Shown here: positions 8,446 through 14,144 of the stretch, one piece after another
Layout of the letters: every line of letters starts with the position of its first letter
Position numbering within the stretch: the stretch's first letter is position 1
Origin: Fidelibacterota bacterium
GTDB taxonomy: Bacteria; Fidelibacterota; Marinisomatia; Marinisomatales; UBA2128
Length of the DNA: 14,144 nt
Direction of reading: 5' to 3'
NCBI GenBank assembly: GCA_046861645.1
Contig: JBHHUM010000056.1
Coordinates: 1 to 14,144, forward strand
The notes under the pieces: generated by a model
Databases searched by the model: none
Told to the model about the DNA's origin: nothing
What the model saw: only the letters and a program-made list of their open reading frames with translations
Program-made: the position numbers and the translations under genes

Positions 8446-8955
8446 TTATGACTTCTTTTCAACTTTTATTCCTATTTTAGTCAGTTGGTTAAGTAGAACC
8501 CCAATCAGGGAATCGAGATTTGAACTTATTGTTAATGTCATCTCTAAGCTTGGGGTTGATATGTCAGCAGGTTGCATGCCCAAAATAGTCGTCGGAGGGA
8601 GTTCATCAATTAGTTGTGCTGAAATAAGGATATCGAGAAGATCAATTCCATGGGCGGTGTCCTTTTTCACATAATTATCAGGGATGGCATCATAAGTAAA
8701 TTGGACAATAGTTCCTGGATCCTCTCCAACAAGAAGGGCATCAATGATATAAAGGTAGTCTTTATCTTTTATTTCAGAAAGTAAACTGAGCCCACCAGTC
8801 CCCCCATCGCATAAGGTTACATTGTCTGGAAATTCGTATCTGTCCTGTAATAGATGGATGGTATGCACGCCCAAACCTTCATCGGAAAGCAAAAGATTGC
8901 CAATACCCAGAATCAGAACTTTAGGATTCAGGTTGCTATTTTTATGGTATTTCAC
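8446..8955 (-). CDS. Hydrogenase maturation endopeptidase, HyaD/HybD family
   Basis: LGIGNLLLSDEGLGVH, DGGTGG, IIDA, TAHGIDL; GTG start uncertain. Confidence 0.93.
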   Translation of the reverse strand: MKYHKNSNLNPKVLILGIGNLLLSDEGLGVHTIHLLQDRYEFPDNVTLCDGGTGGLSLLSEIKDKDYLYIIDALLVGEDPGTIVQFTYDAIPDNYVKKDTAHGIDLLDILISAQLIDELPPTTILGMQPADISTPSLEMTLTISSNLDSLIGVLLNQLTKIGIKVEKKS

Positions 8956-9104
8956 TCTAACAACCTAACAATCAATGTTAAATTACCCTCCTCTACTTTG
9001 TAAAATCTTGTGGTTTGATGTTCAATATTTTATCACCAGTAGGTTAGGGTTTATAAATTGAATACCGTACTTAAACAACAAACGTGTGTTAGAGAAAGGA
9101 ATCC

Positions 9105-9785
9105 TTATTTATTAGCCTGAGTATACCGATATCCACCAAAAATAGCGTCTATATTACCAGTCTTGAGTTTAATTGTTTTCCAAATTTGAAAGTAGACGTG
9201 GACAATTACCCAGATAAGAATAAGCCACCACATAATGTGATGAGCGATTCTCGTTCCATTTAGACCACCGAAGATGAAGACCACCCAGTCCGTAGTAATA
9301 TGGAGGAATTTTGGCCACCACCAATTCAGTGAAAAGGATGCTACGTAAAGGGCAAACCCTGTGAACATGAGCAGAATTGCCAGGACATGAAAAGACAACC
9401 ATGAAATGATATCCACAGGATCTTCGTGCTCATAATCTATCTTTTCCCCCCTTAATCGGAAATAATATTTCAGTTGAATCCATGCCTTTCTCAAATTTTT
9501 CTTGGTGGGAATTAAATCGCGCCAGGGGGCATGAAACGTAGAGAAAAATATGAGATAAATGGAAATAATAATACCGACATCAAATACTATAGCAGCGATG
9601 AAATGAATAAAACGCATGTTTGCCATAAAAAAGTTTTCAAAAGGTTCCCCTGTGGGATTTACATAAGAGGGAGTATGAGCAATATAATTACCTGTGACAA
9701 GTAGTACGACAACACTGAGAAAAATGAGCCAGTGTAAAACTCTGATACTACCTGACCAAACGTAGCGAAATTTTGCTTTTTCCAT
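9105..9785 (-). CDS. cybH: Ni/Fe-hydrogenase di-heme cytochrome b subunit, copy 2 (226 aa; likely start ATG 9785, not 9971)
   Basis: YVWSGSIRVLHW, RFIHF, FTGFALY, RIAHH...HVY, AIFGGY; His18/61/182/196. Starts 2 nt after the stop of copy 1 and aligns with it without gaps. Confidence 0.92.
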   Translation of the reverse strand: MEKAKFRYVWSGSIRVLHWLIFLSVVVLLVTGNYIAHTPSYVNPTGEPFENFFMANMRFIHFIAAIVFDVGIIISIYLIFFSTFHAPWRDLIPTKKNLRKAWIQLKYYFRLRGEKIDYEHEDPVDIISWLSFHVLAILLMFTGFALYVASFSLNWWWPKFLHITTDWVVFIFGGLNGTRIAHHIMWWLILIWVIVHVYFQIWKTIKLKTGNIDAIFGGYRYTQANK

Positions 9786-9787
9786 GC

Positions 9788-10468
9788 TTACTTTCCTGCA
9801 TCGATGAATTTGTATCCACCAACGATTGCTGAAATATCGTACTGTTTCAGACGAACGCTTTTCCATACTTGGAAATAAACATGTATAAACGCCCACCCCA
9901 ATATCAACCACATACATAAATGGTGGGCAGTGCGGACCCCTTGGAGATTGCCGAACAGGTACAGAGTCCAAACGCTCAGGAAGTGCATCAGAGAAGCAAA
10001 AATACCTGTTGTGGTCCGGGGAGCAACGTAAAGAGCTATTCCTGTGAATATGGTGATAAGGCTTAGAATAGTGTAGGTTGAGACGGATAAAAGAGCCATG
10101 GGATCCATATAATCATAATGACGATGATGTTTGGAGAATCCGAAGTAGTACTTTATGCTTTTCCAGGCTTGTTTGAGGTTTGAACCAGTGGGACGAATAT
10201 CTTTCCACAGATCGTGAAATCTATAGAAGAAGATCAGGTAAGTCGCGGTCAGGAAACAGATCATCATCACGATAGCCGCCAGAAAGTGGATGAGTCGGAG
10301 ATTTGCCATGAAGAAGTTCTCAAAAGGCTCTCCTCTGGGAGCAATGAAATCAGGTGGAAAGGCGATATAATAGCCCGTGATTGTCAAGATTGATATGCTG
10401 AAAAAAGTAAACCAATGCGTCAATCGAATTGGCCAAGACCATACATACTTAACCTCTTTTCTGGGCAT
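9788..10468 (-). CDS. cybH: Ni/Fe-hydrogenase di-heme cytochrome b subunit, copy 1 (226 aa)
   Basis: YVWSWPIRLTHW, RLIHF, FTGIALY, RTAHH...HVY, SAIVGGYK; His18/61/182/196. Confidence 0.93.
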   Translation of the reverse strand: MPRKEVKYVWSWPIRLTHWFTFFSISILTITGYYIAFPPDFIAPRGEPFENFFMANLRLIHFLAAIVMMICFLTATYLIFFYRFHDLWKDIRPTGSNLKQAWKSIKYYFGFSKHHRHYDYMDPMALLSVSTYTILSLITIFTGIALYVAPRTTTGIFASLMHFLSVWTLYLFGNLQGVRTAHHLCMWLILGWAFIHVYFQVWKSVRLKQYDISAIVGGYKFIDAGK

Positions 10469-10480
10469 AGGAGTTAGCTT

Positions 10481-12100
10481 TTAGACAACTTGAGGAAACA
10501 AGCCATTCCTTGTTTGGAACTTCAGGATCTTGTTTGAGCTCGGTTCAATCACGTGAACCCCACAACCCAGTCATGGGTCGAATGAATGTACCACTCGCAT
10601 CACCTCTATGGGTTGTTCAGGGTTTTCGACAGGAGTACCAATGAGGGCTTCTTCAACTGGGCCTCTGGTACCGTTATCGTCCCTGGGGGAGAAATTCCAG
10701 GTTGAGGGAGAGACAACCTGGTAGTTTTTCAGCACACCATTTTCAATATTATTCCAATGGGCTAGAGCGCCTCTAGGGGCCTCCCAGGTACCTACCCCCA
10801 TAGCCGAATCAGGGAGATCGTAGGAATACCAGAGATCAGTCTGATCATTCTTGATGTTCTCGGTTAATTCCCCTGTCCAATCAACCATTTCATCTACGAT
10901 GAGTTTACATTCGAGAGCGCGAGCAGCAACCCTCCCAAGCGTGGAAAGTAATACCTCTGGTTTACCCCCGACGCCTAAGGCTTCAAGTGTAGAATTAATA
11001 AGGGATTGAGCTTTCTCACCCCCTGATAAATAAGCGACTAACATCCGTGATAGAGGTCCGACTTCCATTGGCTTTCCGTTTAAGCGAGGTGCTTTCACCC
11101 AACTATATTTATCGTCGGGGTTAATACCGGTATACTTGGGCTTGGTTTGACCTTCTGCTGGGTTCCGGGGTGCACTCTTATCAGTATACCAACTGTGCGT
11201 AATATGCTCCGTCACCTGGTTGACAGAGGGTTTATGTAATTCAAGTTTTCCATCAAAGACAGCCCCTTGAGGTAAGAGGCGCTTTTCAGGGTCGTGGCTG
11301 TCGTCTTCGAATACTCCCCAGGCAAGATAGTTGGTATGTCCTGTGCCTATGGCAGCCCAGTCCAAATAATGGGGTGCCACAGCAAGAACATCCGGGATAT
11401 AAACATTAGTTACCCAATCTTGAAGTTCCTTAACCATGGAGAAGGCTTTAGCCAGAGTTTCTGATGTAGGAGTAATCGTCACCCCCCCGGGAGCTGCAGT
11501 CATCATGTGAGGAAACTTTCCACCGAAGAGAGCCAGTAGTTGGGAAGCTTTGGCCTGCATCTCCAGAGCCTCCAGATAATGAGCTACTGCTAATAGATTA
11601 ATTTCGGGTGATAGCTTATATGCAGGATGCCCCCAATAGGCATTGGCGAAGGGTCCCAACTGACCGCTCTCGACGAAGGATTTCAACTTTTTTTGTACCT
11701 TTTTCAGAGAAGCTTCAGTTGGCCTTGCGGAGAGGGCGCTTACCACGTCCACATAATCAAGGGCGTGTAAATGATAAAAAGCAAGGATGTGAGAATGAAC
11801 AAATTGTGCACCTTCAATGATATTACGAATGATTCTTGCATTATCGGGGGGTGTCACTCCAAAGGCATCTTCGAGCCCGAATGTGGAAGTGTGTCCATGT
11901 GAAATAGGGCAAACCCCGCAGATTCTTTGGGAGAGATACCACGCATCCCTCGGATCGCGGTTTTTAAGGACGATCTCCATACCTCTGAAAAGAGGGCTCG
12001 TACTCCAAGCGTCCTTTACTTTTCCATTTTCAACTTCCACCTCAATTCTCAAGTGTCCTTCCAGTCGAGTAAAGGGGTCAATAGTAATTTTAGTTGCCAT
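10481..12100 (-). CDS. hysA: [NiFeSe] hydrogenase large subunit, selenoprotein (539 aa; in-frame TGA 10571-10573 = Sec510)
   Basis: AAGGAG SD; DPFTRLEGH; L1 motif RICGVC (C61/C64). Reading through the TGA gives SFDP-U-LGCGVH-VIEPSSNKILKFQTRNGLFPQVV-TAA(10481-10483), which restores the L2 motif and a cleavable C-terminal tail. Confidence 0.93.
10535..10570 (-). promoter_or_regulatory. Putative bacterial SECIS element immediately 3' of the Sec UGA
   Basis: mRNA reads UGA-C-UGGGUU-GUGG-GGUUCA-CGUGAU-UGAACC-G-AGCUCA. A perfect 6-bp upper stem starts 11 nt after the UGA with a G-containing loop, and a 6-bp lower stem has two G-U pairs. Confidence 0.75.
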
Positions 12101-12138
12101 GCTGATTTCTCCTTAAGAAAGATGATATGTGCGTGTAA

Positions 12139-13263
12139 TCAATTTTCTTCTTCGACCTCTACTGGTTTCTTTTCTTCCTCATTCCGGTGTTTTTTAGAAG
12201 TGTAAATGGCATGGGCTGCTAAACCGGCTGCTGTAGCCCCCAGCAATGTAAATCCAACCCTATCCACAGTATATTCCACACCTCTCATCCCCGGGATTTT
12301 TATACCGGGCAATCTGCTGAAGAAGGGAGACCCGGCGTCAGCCCAATTAGGCTGAGCACATCCGATACAGGGAGACCCAGCGCCGATACACCAGTTATTT
12401 TTATTATTCCAGCGCGTGATGGAACAGGAAGCGTAAGTTTCCGGTCCCTTGCATCCCATTTTATAGAGGCAGAATTGCTTCCGGGCTTCAGCACTTCCAA
12501 AAGCTTCTACAAATTCGCCAGCGTCAAAATGGGCTCGCCGCTCACATAAATCGTGGATCCTCTGTCCATACAGGAATTTGGGCCTTCCCCGGCTATCTAA
12601 TTCTGGAATTCTGCCCAAAAGGAGATAATTTACCACGGTAGCAGCTAACCAGTCTGGATGCACAGGGCAGCAAGGGAGGTTGATGAATTTCTTTTTGCTA
12701 ATTCCAGTGGCCTGTTGAGTGCCCGTTGCCCCTGTTGGATTTGGTTTAGCGGCAACCCAGCCACCATCAAAAGAACAGCTTCCCACGTTAATCACAGCAG
12801 CAGCATCCCGACAGACTTCTTTGGCAATTTCTACGGCTGTTTTTCCCCCAATTCTCAGGTAGTTTCCATTATCACCAAGAGGCACAGCGCCTTCCACGAT
12901 GGTAATATACTTGCCTTTATACTTCTCCATAGTCTGATAGCGTAACTCTTCTGCCTGCTTCCCACCCCCAGCCATGATTGTTTCCTGGTAGTCCACCGAT
13001 AGAATGTCCAAAATAATCTCTGCTGGAGAAGGGTGAAATCCTTGGATAAATGATTCAGTACAGCCGGTACAGGAAGCAAAATGCAACCAGATTACGGGAG
13101 TACGTTGAGCCGCTTTTTCTATGGTTTTAACCAGTTTTGCCGCAGTTAATCCGGGAATACCCATAATTGCGACTAGAGCGCTGCAGTATTTAAGAAAATC
13201 TCTCCGGGTTACATTGCTCAGAGGAAGATTCATACGGTCTGAAGAGTCAGTAAATTCGCTCAT
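12139..13263 (-). CDS. hysB: Hydrogenase small subunit with Tat signal, three Fe-S clusters and C-terminal membrane anchor
   Basis: AAGGAGG SD; TRRDFLK twin-arginine motif; SCTGCTES, GSC, PCCP (proximal); HDLC...CLYKMGCKGP (distal); SC...WC...PCIGC (medial); hydrophobic tail VGFTLLGATAAGLAAHAIY. Confidence 0.93.
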   Translation of the reverse strand: MSEFTDSSDRMNLPLSNVTRRDFLKYCSALVAIMGIPGLTAAKLVKTIEKAAQRTPVIWLHFASCTGCTESFIQGFHPSPAEIILDILSVDYQETIMAGGGKQAEELRYQTMEKYKGKYITIVEGAVPLGDNGNYLRIGGKTAVEIAKEVCRDAAAVINVGSCSFDGGWVAAKPNPTGATGTQQATGISKKKFINLPCCPVHPDWLAATVVNYLLLGRIPELDSRGRPKFLYGQRIHDLCERRAHFDAGEFVEAFGSAEARKQFCLYKMGCKGPETYASCSITRWNNKNNWCIGAGSPCIGCAQPNWADAGSPFFSRLPGIKIPGMRGVEYTVDRVGFTLLGATAAGLAAHAIYTSKKHRNEEEKKPVEVEEEN

Positions 13264-13312
13264 ATTTCCTCCTTATGAATTACGCCGGCAAATCATTTTG
13301 CCAGATGTTTTC

Positions 13313-13885
13313 TCACGCCGTTTCTGTAAGACTCCTGATCAAGGTATGATAACAAGACTTGTTGCCTTCTTTTAGAAGTGGACAGGCCTCGGAGTAAGAC
13401 GTATTGCAGTGCAGACAGATCAGGTCGACCTCATGGCGATATTCATGCAAAAGAATGGTAATATATTGGTGTAGAATCCTTTCCAGCTCCGCCAGCTCTT
13501 TATTATCAAAATGTGTAAAAATGCGGTTTTCTTTCTGTCGCCGTAGCTGGAAATAACGTTCCACAATTCGTTCCCCTTCGGGGAGAATTCTGACAATGGC
13601 CATCCTGCGGTCCGTGTCCGGAATAGTCCGTTCTACAAGACCATGAGTTACCAGATTGTGTACTGACTTACTGGCTGCCGGCCGGCTGATCATCAGGAAT
13701 CTGGCCAGGTTACTGACCGAAAAAGCTCCAGAGATGTGCAAGATCTTTAGTATTTCAAACTGGCGTCTTGATAGTGAAACTACGCTACTCTCTGCAATTA
13801 GGTTTTGCTCTACAATTTGGTTGATAAACTTAGAGAGGATATAAAGCAGGAAAGAGACGTTTTTAGATTTTCTATCAGTTGGCAT
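13313..13885 (-). CDS. MarR-family winged-helix regulator with C-terminal Cys-rich extension (start ATG 13885 or TTG 13897)
   Basis: LSRRQFEILKIL, SVSNLARFLMISRPAASKSVHNLVTHGLVER, DRR wing motif, ILPEGE; tail CLHC-x7-C-x9-C. Confidence 0.88.
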   Translation of the reverse strand: MPTDRKSKNVSFLLYILSKFINQIVEQNLIAESSVVSLSRRQFEILKILHISGAFSVSNLARFLMISRPAASKSVHNLVTHGLVERTIPDTDRRMAIVRILPEGERIVERYFQLRRQKENRIFTHFDNKELAELERILHQYITILLHEYRHEVDLICLHCNTSYSEACPLLKEGNKSCYHTLIRSLTETA

Positions 13886-13895
13886 TTGACAAACC

Positions 13896-13918
13896 AAGTT
13901 AATGGTTAACTTAGTTAA
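13896..13918. promoter_or_regulatory. Overlapping palindromes, candidate MarR operator(s)
   Basis: AAGTTAA-tgg-TTAACTT (13896-13912) and TTAACT-t-AGTTAA (13906-13918) lie between the predicted -10 box and the marR start. Confidence 0.55.
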
Positions 13919-13924
13919 TAATAT

Positions 13925-13953
13925 AGTATAAAAATTGACAGCTTATGATGCAA
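13925..13953 (-). promoter_or_regulatory. Sigma70-type promoter for the marR-hydrogenase operon
   Basis: Minus strand TTGCAT (13953-13948), 17-nt spacer, TATACT (13930-13925). Confidence 0.6.
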
Positions 13954-14130
13954 GATTTTATTGAACTTGATACGTCGCTATGTAGACTGGTTATCGCCAT
14001 CAAATCCCATGTTTGGGAATCAGTAAAGAAGGTACGGTAGCACATCTATACCAATAGTTGTTCCTTCCCCAATCACTTTCTATATTCCCCCACTTCTTTC
14101 GGGAGAGCATTTCAGTAGAGGTCTAATAAA

Positions 14131-14144
14131 ATGAGAAAGTGGCT
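14131..14144 (+). CDS. Possible start of a divergent gene running off the window (MRKW...)
   Basis: AGAGGT SD-like at 14117-14122, 8 nt before ATG 14131; only 4 full codons visible. Confidence 0.3.

Noticed and set aside
9786..9971. 62-aa N-terminal extension of cytochrome b copy 2 in the ORF track
   Set aside because: It overlaps copy 1 in another frame; the paralog alignment places the start at ATG 9785.
10571..10573. Large subunit as a nonsense-truncated pseudogene
   Set aside because: The TGA falls exactly on the known Sec position, the downstream frame is intact with the motif and tail, and a SECIS-like hairpin follows.
12600..13080. O2-tolerant [4Fe-3S] proximal cluster (group 1d type)
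   Set aside because: Motifs read CTGC and GSCSFDGG, lacking the two supernumerary Cys (CTCC and GSCxxxGC) diagnostic of that cluster.
13287..13302. Palindrome GGCAAA-tcat-TTTGCC between marR and the small subunit
   Set aside because: 6-bp arms only, no resemblance to the upstream operator candidates and no U-tract; may be chance.
13960..14130. Small ORFs or ncRNA in the right-hand intergenic region
   Set aside because: A 36-codon minus-strand ORF lacks an SD and motifs, the hairpins are short, and the + strand TTGACA boxes (13886, 13935) lack a well-spaced -10.

Overview
Bacterial window with four parts. (1) The trailer end of a CRISPR array (37-bp repeat ending ATTGAAAC; no cas genes in view). 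(2) A THEP1-type NTPase, a truncated UPF0158-like gene and a divergent RpiB/LacAB-family isomerase. (3) A + strand hydrogenase maturation operon: hypA-hypB-hypF-hypC-(27-aa sORF)-hypD-hypE plus a His-rich nickel-transporter-like membrane protein. (4) A convergent - strand hydrogenase operon: MarR regulator with a C-terminal 4-Cys motif, Tat-exported membrane-anchored small subunit, large subunit, two tandem paralogous di-heme cytochrome b subunits, and a maturation endopeptidase. The ORF track truncates the large subunit at an in-frame TGA (10571-10573). That TGA sits at the Ni-ligating position of the L2 motif (DP-U-LGCGVH) and is followed by a SECIS-like stem-loop, so the enzyme is very likely a [NiFeSe] selenoprotein of 539 aa (10481-12100). 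The most unusual combination is a membrane-bound [NiFeSe] hydrogenase with two cytochrome b paralogs, both lacking the canonical quinone-site Asn/Gln, under a putative metal/Fe-S-sensing MarR repressor. Whether this is truly undescribed needs database searches I cannot run.
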